NCBI GenBank assembly: GCA_032128875.1
Contig: JAVLKG010000002.1
Location: forward strand, 896,001-960,000
Reading direction: 5' to 3'
DNA from: Candidatus Melainabacteria bacterium 17Bon1m
Lineage (GTDB): Bacteria > Cyanobacteriota > Vampirovibrionia > Obscuribacterales > Obscuribacteraceae
DNA length: 64,000 nucleotides
In this document: positions 8,702-18,326 of the stretch, piece by piece
Position numbering within the stretch: position 1 is the stretch's first letter
How the letters are laid out: each line of letters opens with the position of its first letter
The notes under the pieces: model-generated
The model's input: only the letters and a program-made list of their open reading frames with translations
Database searches by the model: none
Told to the model about the DNA's origin: nothing
Position numbers and translations under genes: made by a program

Positions 8702-9026
8702 CCCATATAGGCGCTAGGCCGATAGCGAAAATCCCATCAGAGCGCCCCAAGGGCTGCCGATTTGGCAAAAGCAGGTTTTTTGGGAAACCACTCTTAAAAG
8801 AGATCTTCATGACGCAGCGCCAATTTTAGATTAATGACATCCGCCTGAAAGGTCCGTTGTTTGATGATTTTTCACACACTTTTTCTTTAACCTACGAAAT
8901 AACGTCGTTAAAAACGAACCGAAAAAGATCTTTCATTCGATACAAACCGTAATGTGTTTGCCAAGTTGCCGTGAAGCTTTCAGTCACTTACAACCGCGAT
9001 GCAACTTAGGACATCTTTGACACCTA

Positions 9027-9042
9027 CATTCGATATCGAATG
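9027..9042. promoter_or_regulatory. Perfect 16-bp palindrome CATTCGATATCGAATG upstream of the respiratory operon
   Basis: Read directly. A half copy CATTCGATA lies at 8934-8942. Regulatory role is inferred. Confidence 0.35.
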
Positions 9043-9171
9043 AGAAAGACCCCACTACCTTATGTAGAGGCTGATTTTCGACGTAATTTTTTCGCTCTTG
9101 TAAAGCTTCGAATTTTGTCGATGTCAGTGTCCAATTACCGCAGCAAGATGTCTTGCTGCGCCATCTTTTTA

Positions 9172-9924
9172 TTAGGCGCCGCCTGATTGTTTTTCCGTCT
9201 TGAAGTTTTCTTCCTTGATTCTTTCTTTTTCCAGCCGCTCGGCTTCGAGCTTTTCTTTGCGCGCTTGAGCCGCCTGCTCTTTTTTGCGTTTCTTTTCCTC
9301 TGCTTCGGCAATAGCTTCCGGGCGCAGATCAATAGAGTTGTACTGGTTCATCGCTTTTAGCGTGCCTTCGTTTATCCAGGTAAACAAGCACTTCTTCGCA
9401 AGGTCTTGAGTTTGAGCAAGCAAATCTTGCTGCGCCTCTGGAATCCGGGAAAGTACAAACGAAGCGCGTTTGTCGCCGCCAGGATCGGGACCTACACCGA
9501 ATTTCAAACGAACTATCGATGTGTCTCCTCCCAGGCATTGAATTATGGATTCGACTCCATGCTGCCCCCCGGCACCCCCTCCGTTCTGCACCCGGAGTTT
9601 GCCAAGCGGCAAGGCGACGTCGTCATGGACGACTATGAAAGAGGAAACCGGCAGTTTGAACCATTGCTTAACCGCTACCAGACATTCTCCAGACAGGTTC
9701 ATATATGTCATGGGTTTGACCAGCATTATCGTTTTGCCGCGGTAGGAAAACTTCGAAAAGTCGCATTTCAGGCGGCTGTTGCTGGCGGGCTCCGCACCAT
9801 TTGCAGTACCAATGGCATCTACAACCATGAATCCCATGTTATGACGGGTACGCGCGTATTCTGCACCTGGGTTGCCGAGCCCCACAATCACTCTGGTTTC
9901 GTTGTCGTTATTTTGGTCAGCCAT
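9172..9924 (-). CDS. pth: Peptidyl-tRNA hydrolase with charged C-terminal tail
   Basis: VGLGNPGAEYARTRHNMGF, KPMTYMNLSG, VVHDD, GGQHG. Start set at ATG 9924. Confidence 0.93.
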   Translation of the reverse strand: MADQNNDNETRVIVGLGNPGAEYARTRHNMGFMVVDAIGTANGAEPASNSRLKCDFSKFSYRGKTIMLVKPMTYMNLSGECLVAVKQWFKLPVSSFIVVHDDVALPLGKLRVQNGGGAGGQHGVESIIQCLGGDTSIVRLKFGVGPDPGGDKRASFVLSRIPEAQQDLLAQTQDLAKKCLFTWINEGTLKAMNQYNSIDLRPEAIAEAEEKKRKKEQAAQARKEKLEAERLEKERIKEENFKTEKQSGGA

Positions 9925-10190
9925 CTTTAATCTGTGTAATGCATTGCTTTTGAAATTCACTGTTGCCGCCTCTATTTGCACGGACGGACGGCCGGGCACC
10001 CGGGCTTATGAGAAACAATATTAATAGATAGAACGCACTTCAAGTTTGGGCAACGTTTAAACTATAAAATTGTTTGGCGCACACACGTTATTGCGCTATT
10101 TAGACAGCGTTCTTCAATGCGCGCGGTTCCAGCAATAACCTATTACGTGCTTGAAAACAATCACTCCCACTCAGACATAGAGTTAAAGGC

Positions 10191-11609
10191 ATGACTGAAA
10201 GCGAAGCCAATTTCCCCTATTTGCCGCATACCGACGCAGAGCGCAAAGAGATGCTCAAGACAATCGGTGTTGCGTCCTTCGAAGAGCTCGTCAAGCACAT
10301 TCCCGAAAAGCTGAGAGCGAAGGCACTCAACTTGCGAAGCGGAATGAGCGAGCAAGAATTGGCGAAAGAAGTTCAGGCGATATCCAATCGCAATATGCCT
10401 GCCTCACGCCAAGCCAGTTTCCTTGGTGGCGGCTCTTATCGCAGATATGTTCCGGCAATTGTCGGCAATATTCTCTCGCGTGGTGAGTTCTCTACCGCTT
10501 ACACGCCCTACCAACCTGAAGTCAGCCAGGGCACTCTACAAGCCATTTACGAGTTTCAAACTGCAATTTGTCTTTTGACCGGAATGGAAGTCGCCAATGC
10601 TTCCATGTACGACGGACCGACAGCACTAGCGGAAGCATGCTTGATGTCCAGCCGTTTGAGCACGAAAGAAAAAATCGTCGTTGCTTCTTGCGTCAATCCG
10701 GAATACAGAGAAGTCGTCCGCACCTACTGCGATTCCTGTGGGCTCGAGTATCAAGAAGCAGCGCTTTCGGGTGGCGAAGCTGATTTGTCGAAATTGCCTA
10801 TTGATGACAAGACCAGCTGCGTTGTCGTTCAATATCCAAATTACTTCGGTGTTCTTGAAGATCTCGAAGGACTTTCGCAAAAAGTGCATGCTGTTGGAGC
10901 GCACTTGATTGTTGTGTCCGAGCCCATCTCGCTTGGTTTGCTTACTGCGCCTGGTGAATTCGGCGCCGACATTGTTGTTGGTGACGCGCAGCCTTGCGGT
11001 AACTCGCTCTCGTTCGGCGGACCTTCGGCCGGATACATGGCTACCAAAAAGGAATTTATCCGCCAACTTCCGGGACGTCTTTGCGGCGTCACTGTCGACA
11101 ATCGCGGACAGAGAGCCTTTACTCTCACATTGCAGACACGCGAACAACACATTCGCCGCGCTAAAGCGACGTCGAATATTTGCACCAACCAAGCTTTGAA
11201 CGCTCTGGCTATGCTGGTTTATATCGTCAGTGTCGGACCGGTTGGATTGAAGGAGCTCGCTAATATCAGCTTGCAACGCGCACACAGTCTCAAAGAAAGA
11301 CTTACTGCAATCAGCGGAATCGAAGCACCTTTCTCGCAACCGTTCTTCAATGAATTCGTGATCAAGACCAGCCAGCCTGCAGCTCAGGTTCTTGATGAAT
11401 TGAAGGCAGAAGGAATTTTGGGCGGTATTGATCTTTCGTTCTTTTATCCGGAACTGAAGAATCACTTGCTCGTCTCAGTCACTGAAATGAACTCCCCCGA
11501 AGATCTCGATCGATATGTTTCGGCGATGGAGCGCATCGTAAAAGGTGGCTTGAAAACCCGCGATAAGGAAGCTGTGGGCAGCGCTGCGGCAAAAACCGGC
11601 GGCAGATAA
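10191..11609 (+). CDS. gcvPA: Glycine dehydrogenase (decarboxylating) subunit 1
   Basis: YTPYQPEVSQGTLQAIYEFQ, NASMYDG, LQTREQHIRRAKATSNICTNQAL; 472 aa, the split-P form. Confidence 0.95.
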   Translation: MTESEANFPYLPHTDAERKEMLKTIGVASFEELVKHIPEKLRAKALNLRSGMSEQELAKEVQAISNRNMPASRQASFLGGGSYRRYVPAIVGNILSRGEFSTAYTPYQPEVSQGTLQAIYEFQTAICLLTGMEVANASMYDGPTALAEACLMSSRLSTKEKIVVASCVNPEYREVVRTYCDSCGLEYQEAALSGGEADLSKLPIDDKTSCVVVQYPNYFGVLEDLEGLSQKVHAVGAHLIVVSEPISLGLLTAPGEFGADIVVGDAQPCGNSLSFGGPSAGYMATKKEFIRQLPGRLCGVTVDNRGQRAFTLTLQTREQHIRRAKATSNICTNQALNALAMLVYIVSVGPVGLKELANISLQRAHSLKERLTAISGIEAPFSQPFFNEFVIKTSQPAAQVLDELKAEGILGGIDLSFFYPELKNHLLVSVTEMNSPEDLDRYVSAMERIVKGGLKTRDKEAVGSAAAKTGGR

Positions 11610-11682
11610 AAGCCAGTCTTTACTGAAGCCTGTATAATCGACACTGTCTAATTATTTCGAGATCGAGGCAAAAACCGACTCC

Positions 11683-12582
11683 ATGGAGCCACCTGAAACA
11701 GTCACTTCGAAGCGCGCTGAAACGCTTTATGATTCGAGCGAAGCTCAGCAAGAAGGGCTCAATGCCGTGGAGCCGGCGGTGACCTCGTCCAACGGAAATT
11801 CTCCTTCAACACCTCCAACAAATTCATCACCTTCACCAACCTCGGGCTCGCAAGACGTGTCGAATTCAGCCAGCAATAGTGAATCGTCAGGATCGCCAGT
11901 CATCTCGGTTGTGAAAGAGATTGTCGAGCTTGTTGTCGTTACGCTTATTCTTCTTATCGTCATTAGATTTGCGCTTGCAGAGGCTCGTTATATTCCGTCG
12001 AGTTCGATGGAGCCGACATTGCAGATCAACGACCGACTGCTTGTAGAGAAGGTTTCGCATCACATTGGCAAACCCATCGAGCGCGGCGATATTCTCGTTT
12101 TCTATCCACCGCCGATTGAAATGGGTGGACAGGACTTGAAAAATGATCCTTTGACCGTTCTGGGGCGTTTGACCGGATTGCCCTTCTTGCCTTACGAACC
12201 AGCTTTCATCAAGCGTGTAGTCGGCCTTCCTGGCGATCACATTCGTATTCAGAAAGGCGAAGGCGTCTACATCAACGGGCAATTGCTCGATGAAAATAGC
12301 TATGCCAAAGAAGCTCCTAACTATGACAGGAACGTCCTGGGCGATATTGGTGGACCATCTTCTACAGGCAAAATGATTAGACCTTTCGGTGATGAAGCCA
12401 GAGCCAATGACCCGATCATTGTGCCGGCCGGTCATCTCTTTATGATGGGCGACAATCGCAACAATTCCGAAGACAGCCATGTATGGGGTTTCTTGCCTCA
12501 AGACAGAGTTATCGGCAGAGCCTGCTTGCTTTTCTGGCGTTGGATTTCCCCACCCAGATTTCCTCATATCCCAGAAGAATAA
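11683..12582 (+). CDS. lepB: Signal peptidase I
   Basis: IPSSSMEPTL (Ser), FIKRVVGLPGD (Lys), MGDNRNNSEDSH; Ser/Pro-rich N-terminus. Confidence 0.95.
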   Translation: MEPPETVTSKRAETLYDSSEAQQEGLNAVEPAVTSSNGNSPSTPPTNSSPSPTSGSQDVSNSASNSESSGSPVISVVKEIVELVVVTLILLIVIRFALAEARYIPSSSMEPTLQINDRLLVEKVSHHIGKPIERGDILVFYPPPIEMGGQDLKNDPLTVLGRLTGLPFLPYEPAFIKRVVGLPGDHIRIQKGEGVYINGQLLDENSYAKEAPNYDRNVLGDIGGPSSTGKMIRPFGDEARANDPIIVPAGHLFMMGDNRNNSEDSHVWGFLPQDRVIGRACLLFWRWISPPRFPHIPEE

Positions 12583-12815
12583 GCTAAGCCTCTACTGAGC
12601 CTTCAAAACGCGCTTTTTGTCACCTATTTTTGACGAAGGCTGATCGCTCTATAAATGCTCAATATTTAGCCAATATCTGTCTTTTAAATATGCAAGTGGG
12701 TATATTGGTCTAGGCTCTAGCCCCCAAGTCTTCCCAAAAGCGCCACGGCGAACAAATTCCGGGGTTCTGCGGAGTAATAAAAGTAACGGCAACTAAGGCT
12801 GAGGTAGCGTGACAA

Positions 12816-14336
12816 ATGGCGAAGGACCCAAAAGGGAAAGCATCAAAACCGGCAAAAACGCAGTCTGCCGATAAATCGAAGAAAAGCGCTAAAGCCCCTG
12901 TGGTGCACGAACATGTCGCCGGTGATTGTGTCTTGGCAACAGGCGTGCCCGGTCATGATGACGCAGAGTCGCGCACTGATGCCCTCAACAAATTTGAAGC
13001 CGAACTCAATAAGCGCGAAGTCGACTTGATCGAGCGTGAAATCAAGTCGCTCAGGCAGCAGGAAGAATTAGATCGTTTGCGTCCGCTCTCGGGTCTTTAT
13101 CGAGTCGTGAGAGCCATGGCGAGCGAACGCCGTCTCGACTCTCTGCTTGATGTAATTACCCGCGAAACGCAGGTGATGCTCAAATGCGATCGCTGTTCGG
13201 TTTTTGTTTTAGATGCTCAAGCTGCAGAACTGTGGACACAGGTCGCACAGGGTCTGGTTGGACATCGCATGATTCGTATTCCCGTAGGCGGCAACAGTAT
13301 TGTCGCTGAATGCGCTCGCACCGGTCGAATGATCAACATTCCCGACGCGTACCAAGATCCTCGCTTCGATCCTGCCGTCGATCGCAACACTGGATATCAG
13401 ACATCCAGCGTACTTTGTGTTCCAATGCTTGCTCGTGGCGGCGAAGTAATCGGCGTCTTCCAGGTGCTCAATAAATTCGATGGACCTTTCACTAATGAGG
13501 ATGAAGACTGGCTTGAGGGCTTAACCGCCGTAGCGGCCGGATTGATTGAACAAGCTCAGGCTTACGGTGAAATTGAAAGGTTCGTCGACAAGACACTTGA
13601 AACGCTTGCCCAGACAATCGACCAACGCGACCCGCTCACTGCAGGTCATTCGATTCGAGTTACCAATTACAGCTTGCTTGTCGGACAGGCAATGAATGTA
13701 CCCGATGACGATATCGATGTGCTTCGCTACTCTGCGATGATGCACGACTACGGCAAAATCGGCGTGCCTGAGAAGATCCTCTGGAAAGACGGCAGACTTA
13801 CTCCTGATGAGTACGCTACCGTACAGAAGCACGCCAGCATCACATATGACTTGCTTTCCAATTTGCCTTTTACTCGTCGCTTGCAAGATGTACCTTTTGT
13901 CGCCTCCTGTCACCACGAAAAGGTAGATGGTTCTGGCTATTACAGAGGTCTTAAAGGCGACGACATTCCTTTCCTTTCAAGAATTATTGCTGTTGCCGAT
14001 GTGTTCGACGCGTTGACTTCAAAGCGTCACTATCGCAATCGTATGCCGATCGAGAAAGTTTCTGAAATTATGTACAACGGCAGAGACAACCACTTCGACT
14101 CGACATGCGTCGATGCATTTTTCCAATTGCCTTCCGCTCGCGTAATTGCTGTTCTCGAATCGGAAAGAGAGCGGGCAGCAAACTTCGACGCTGAGCTGTT
14201 TAAAAATCTGAGCTGGCAGCGGCTCGTGGAGCTCGTTTCTGGTGGTCATCCAAAACGCGGCGAAGAAGGTATCGCAGAAGTATTCGATCGTATCTACAAT
14301 GCCGGACTACCAGCCGACTATCAATCGTTGGATTAG
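12816..14336 (+). CDS. GAF + HD-GYP cyclic-dinucleotide phosphodiesterase
   Basis: GAF (NIPDAYQDPRF...LNK...FT.ED), TAGHSIRV, MHDYGKIG, HHEKVDGSGYY, IIAVADVFDALT. Confidence 0.88.
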   Translation: MAKDPKGKASKPAKTQSADKSKKSAKAPVVHEHVAGDCVLATGVPGHDDAESRTDALNKFEAELNKREVDLIEREIKSLRQQEELDRLRPLSGLYRVVRAMASERRLDSLLDVITRETQVMLKCDRCSVFVLDAQAAELWTQVAQGLVGHRMIRIPVGGNSIVAECARTGRMINIPDAYQDPRFDPAVDRNTGYQTSSVLCVPMLARGGEVIGVFQVLNKFDGPFTNEDEDWLEGLTAVAAGLIEQAQAYGEIERFVDKTLETLAQTIDQRDPLTAGHSIRVTNYSLLVGQAMNVPDDDIDVLRYSAMMHDYGKIGVPEKILWKDGRLTPDEYATVQKHASITYDLLSNLPFTRRLQDVPFVASCHHEKVDGSGYYRGLKGDDIPFLSRIIAVADVFDALTSKRHYRNRMPIEKVSEIMYNGRDNHFDSTCVDAFFQLPSARVIAVLESERERAANFDAELFKNLSWQRLVELVSGGHPKRGEEGIAEVFDRIYNAGLPADYQSLD

Positions 14337-14379
14337 CCTGGATTGTAGAATCCCAGATTGTTTGTCCGTCGTTTCACTA

Positions 14380-17211
14380 TCAATAAACGACAACCTTGCC
14401 ACGTCCTAAGTCCGGCCAGGAAAGTTGCCGCACTGATAATTCTGCATCTTCCAATTTCATTGCTTTGCCTTGCGGCATGGGAATCAGTTCGATTGTCAGA
14501 TGATTGCCGCGCCCACTGACGACATCGAGTGGATAGTTCGACTTTATGTTGATGGATGACGGCTCCTTGCCGTTGAGCATAACCATTTGTGTGGCTGTTG
14601 GGAAACACACAGATTGTGGCTTTGGCTGACCCTTACTATCTAAATATAGGTCGTGTTCACCCGGATTCGTTTTGCCGTCGGTACCGTTTAGGCTGATGCG
14701 AACCACTGCCTGAGAGCGTTCTGCGTCCAGCCCGCTAAGCTTGCCTTTGAGTTCAATCACAGCGTGTGTTGTTTGAGGCTGAAGTTCTAATGGGACGTCT
14801 GCAAGACAAGCGCTATTGAATTTCAAAACTGCACTCGCATCGCTTTTCTCTTTTGCATGATTCTCTTTGCCCTGTTCGCTCATTGGTCTGAAATTAAGGG
14901 TATTCAGCGCTATTGAAGCCTCTTGCGATTTGAATTCAGTGGGATTTCCATTCGCTGAAAAACCCACTGCCAAAAGCATGCGTAGTCGACCATTTTGAAC
15001 ACCCGGTGCTGAGGATAAATCTGGATTAGGTGGAAAAGGATATTTTCTTTCATTTGATTCGATCAATGATTGAGATGGTGCTTGTGTTATAAACCCCACC
15101 CTGGGTCGCCATTCCATTGATGACGCATTAACGAAGATAAGACCATGACTGAGATACTCATACGAAGGTGCCCTTCCGCTCATAGTCTCTTTGTAGTCAC
15201 CATATATGGTTAATGGGTGCGCTGTTGAACCGGAGATTGTGATTTTGTTCTTGCCTGAGAGATTCACATAATCAATGGGAATCGGCACTGCTCGCCATTG
15301 TCTGACGTCATCTGCCGGTACTTTTATGTCAGCTGCGAATTCCTCCATAAAAGCTACAAGATCGAATTTCTTTTGATAAAAGTGATAAACGTTCTTAGGG
15401 ATCTCGTGAATTTTGTGCTCATTCAGAGTTATATGCGACTGCGCAATTTCCTTTTCACTATCAATCAGAAGTAGCGCCCAGATTGGTTTTTCAGATTGCT
15501 GCCAGGGCTTGTGTACGCCTGTGAGGTCGACTTCTCTTGTCGCCATCACTTCACTCGATAATTTTGCGGCTAATTCTGCGGCTTCTACTTCTTTGAGCAA
15601 AGATAAAGTTATAGTGATGCCGAATGCGATAAACATCATCATGCAGGAGATCTTCATTGCCCTACTGGAAATGCGATTTCGATAATCTGCTTTTGCCAGG
15701 CAGTAGAGAAGCCATGCCGTCAATGCAATGTATGTTGCGCCTAGAATAACTCCTGCAATAATTGGATTTCCTATCCATTGCAAAACCGTTTGCACTCGGG
15801 CAAAGTTTGCAATCAGAGTCAATAGTAATGCTGGCAGAAGGAAGTTTATCGCTGCGAATTTTGTCTGCCTCGAGTCGACAACTTTGAAAACAAACCACGC
15901 CAAAGCAACAAAATAAAGCGGCGCCGCCGTAAATCCGTATCTGGGAATTCCTTCGAAAGCCGCATAAATAAGATGTCCCAATAGAGCTAGCCAGATAAGG
16001 ACAATCAAGTGATCTCGTTTGTCTTCGACGAAATCTTCATCGTTCTTCTTGAACAGATGAATAACTGAATGGATTGTTACAGCTAAGGCAGACGCAAGCG
16101 CGGCGAGCGCAAGTGAAACCAGAAGCTGGTGCGCAATCCTGATGCTGGGCGCGTCACGCAAAACTGCAGCGCGACGGAAATCGTTCCATGGCTCTGCAAA
16201 TATGCGCGGCAGTTTTCGGATGTCCAGGTCGATATGCGCCAGCGGATCTTCTTTGAAATAAGCCAATTGAACTTCCGCAACGCTCTTCATCGCCCCGATT
16301 CCTGATTGGAGCGGAGCTGTCGGCAAACAGCCTAATCCATCGTTTATCAGATTATTCGTCACGATGGCGTTTAAAACAGGCATTCTTTGCGGCAGCCAAC
16401 AAATTGATCCTGTTGCCTGTTTTGTGAAAACCCAGAAAGGCGCTAATGCGATTGCAGTTGTGCATGAGAAGGCGAGAAGCCCTGCTGCTGCGCGTTTTGC
16501 CTTGTAGCGAGCGAGCGCAAATACAGTCGCAAGTAAGACGCAAAACATTAAAACTGGTTTTGTCAACAATAGAAAAGCAAAGAAAATTCCGGCGTAAGCA
16601 AAAGGAACCAGGTGCCATAAGCCCTTTTCATCAGCTTTTGCCGTTGCGGATAAACATAGCAGTGTAGTCAAAAGAAATACTGCTGCGATTGATTCTGTAC
16701 CCAACCTCTGGGCCGCAGTCAGTGCAGGAGGGTAAAGCGACCACGCAAGAGCCGCTAAGAAAGCCAAGGATCTGCAAGCGGTAGCGCGCCAGCTAAGAAT
16801 GAAAACCAAGCCGCATACAACTGCTTGCAGCAAGCTCATAAGCATTGCTACCGAATTCAAATCTGTAAGGCGAAACCCGTTTCCCAATTTGATTGCTTTT
16901 GCCGCAACAGTCGGAAGCACAGGACCATCAAGAATCAGCATATAAGCAAGTTCTTTCATTCTTGCTTTGGAACTGCTTGCTTGGCTTTCTGATGTTTTAT
17001 CTTCTTTGATCTTGAGTATTGTGCGCGCGCTGTTCAAATATACGCCAGAGTCGAAGAGCTGCATCAGCCTGTCGTCACCGCGTTTAAAAGCTCTGTCGGT
17101 GGTTGCGGTTGTGATGGCAAAGGAAAAAAGAACCACCAGAGAGCAAAGCGCGATCAGAATAACGCTGCCGATTTTCGATGTTTTTTCTCTGTGTGTATTA
17201 GCTTGTTGCAT
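14380..17211 (-). CDS. Large multi-TM protein, probable GT-C fold glycosyltransferase, with soluble C-terminal domain
   Basis: N-terminal FDSGVY loop, LYP...TESIAA, LLTKP and PRY motifs typical of ArnT/PMT-like proteins; more than 10 TM segments. Confidence 0.55.
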   Translation of the reverse strand: MQQANTHREKTSKIGSVILIALCSLVVLFSFAITTATTDRAFKRGDDRLMQLFDSGVYLNSARTILKIKEDKTSESQASSSKARMKELAYMLILDGPVLPTVAAKAIKLGNGFRLTDLNSVAMLMSLLQAVVCGLVFILSWRATACRSLAFLAALAWSLYPPALTAAQRLGTESIAAVFLLTTLLCLSATAKADEKGLWHLVPFAYAGIFFAFLLLTKPVLMFCVLLATVFALARYKAKRAAAGLLAFSCTTAIALAPFWVFTKQATGSICWLPQRMPVLNAIVTNNLINDGLGCLPTAPLQSGIGAMKSVAEVQLAYFKEDPLAHIDLDIRKLPRIFAEPWNDFRRAAVLRDAPSIRIAHQLLVSLALAALASALAVTIHSVIHLFKKNDEDFVEDKRDHLIVLIWLALLGHLIYAAFEGIPRYGFTAAPLYFVALAWFVFKVVDSRQTKFAAINFLLPALLLTLIANFARVQTVLQWIGNPIIAGVILGATYIALTAWLLYCLAKADYRNRISSRAMKISCMMMFIAFGITITLSLLKEVEAAELAAKLSSEVMATREVDLTGVHKPWQQSEKPIWALLLIDSEKEIAQSHITLNEHKIHEIPKNVYHFYQKKFDLVAFMEEFAADIKVPADDVRQWRAVPIPIDYVNLSGKNKITISGSTAHPLTIYGDYKETMSGRAPSYEYLSHGLIFVNASSMEWRPRVGFITQAPSQSLIESNERKYPFPPNPDLSSAPGVQNGRLRMLLAVGFSANGNPTEFKSQEASIALNTLNFRPMSEQGKENHAKEKSDASAVLKFNSACLADVPLELQPQTTHAVIELKGKLSGLDAERSQAVVRISLNGTDGKTNPGEHDLYLDSKGQPKPQSVCFPTATQMVMLNGKEPSSINIKSNYPLDVVSGRGNHLTIELIPMPQGKAMKLEDAELSVRQLSWPDLGRGKVVVY

Positions 17212-17324
17212 AAAGTCTGGGGCGATGCGAAGCGTCCTTAAGGCGCTTCACACGTAAGCTTGCCGAATCTGTGAGCAAAAAACATGATATGCGCTCAATC
17301 CATTGATAGTAATCAAGTCTTACA

Positions 17325-18323
17325 ATGGCAACCTATATTGACGGAGCTCGAATTTCCTTGTTCAAATTTCCAGAAAAGTGGTCGCTCAAGGCTTTTGCCG
17401 TTGTACAGGCACTTACCCTGACCTTTGCCTTAAATACGTGCGCACACGCTCAAACAGCGAAGACTTCGGAATCACGAGGAACTGTGGCTTCCGTCGTCAG
17501 CCAGAACAGAGTTCAAAAGGGTGCCGCGTCCGCAGAAAGGGCGCCAGCAGCGCCCGCTTCCAAGCCAGCTCAAGAACCGGCGGCTCCGCAAGAGAACGAC
17601 GTTTCCATCGAAGGACCCGACGAGCAACCGGCCGACGATGGTAGTCAAGACATGAATTCGCCTCTTCCGGAAGGCGAAGCACAGTTGCGGGTACGTATTT
17701 CTGTGCCTCACCAGGTTCGCCCGATGAGCATGATCACGTTGTATCCGTATCCACCTAGACCTCCCAAGCAAATCAGAAACATAGCCAAAATCGACGACTC
17801 TCCAAAGGCGATACGTACACAATTATTGAGTTTGGGTTACAGTCAAAGATCTTCTGATACGAGATTATTTCCGCCCGCGGGATGGCGCTGGAAGTACATC
17901 ATTAAAGCCGCCCTCGAAAAGAGCGGCACCCGCCAGCCGACCAACATCGTCACTATGTATCCGTGGACATTTAAGATGGTGCCGTATGTCAAAGCTGAAA
18001 TCAAGCGCGTCAACGACATAGAATCTGACCGAAAAGCAAGGTATGCGTCTGCAATGAAAGACTTCGAAGAAAATGGAGTCGACCTGGAGAACGAAGCTGC
18101 GCAAAAGGGCTTGGCGCCTATCGAAATCAACCTGAGACGCGGTTCCACCAAGCTTCTCTCTGGTGAAGCAACTGTTGCACCAGGCACCTGGTATGTGGTG
18201 GCAGCGCACAAAACATCAAACTTGAAATTCTACTGGCAGATGCCAATCAGTATTTCTGCCGGCGAGCGTCAAACAGTTCAACTCACGCAGACGAATGCTC
18301 TCGTTATTGAGGGCGGCTGGTAG
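17325..18323 (+). CDS. Hypothetical exported protein
   Basis: 332-aa ORF filling the gap; signal-peptide-like segment ending AHA; Pro/Ala/acidic linker. Confidence 0.65.
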   Translation: MATYIDGARISLFKFPEKWSLKAFAVVQALTLTFALNTCAHAQTAKTSESRGTVASVVSQNRVQKGAASAERAPAAPASKPAQEPAAPQENDVSIEGPDEQPADDGSQDMNSPLPEGEAQLRVRISVPHQVRPMSMITLYPYPPRPPKQIRNIAKIDDSPKAIRTQLLSLGYSQRSSDTRLFPPAGWRWKYIIKAALEKSGTRQPTNIVTMYPWTFKMVPYVKAEIKRVNDIESDRKARYASAMKDFEENGVDLENEAAQKGLAPIEINLRRGSTKLLSGEATVAPGTWYVVAAHKTSNLKFYWQMPISISAGERQTVQLTQTNALVIEGGW

Positions 18324-18326
18324 TCG

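Noticed and set aside
8860-8876. FNR/CRP-like site upstream of ccoN (minus strand TGTGA-N7-TCAAA)
   Set aside because: Spacing is one base off the CRP/FNR geometry; too weak to call.
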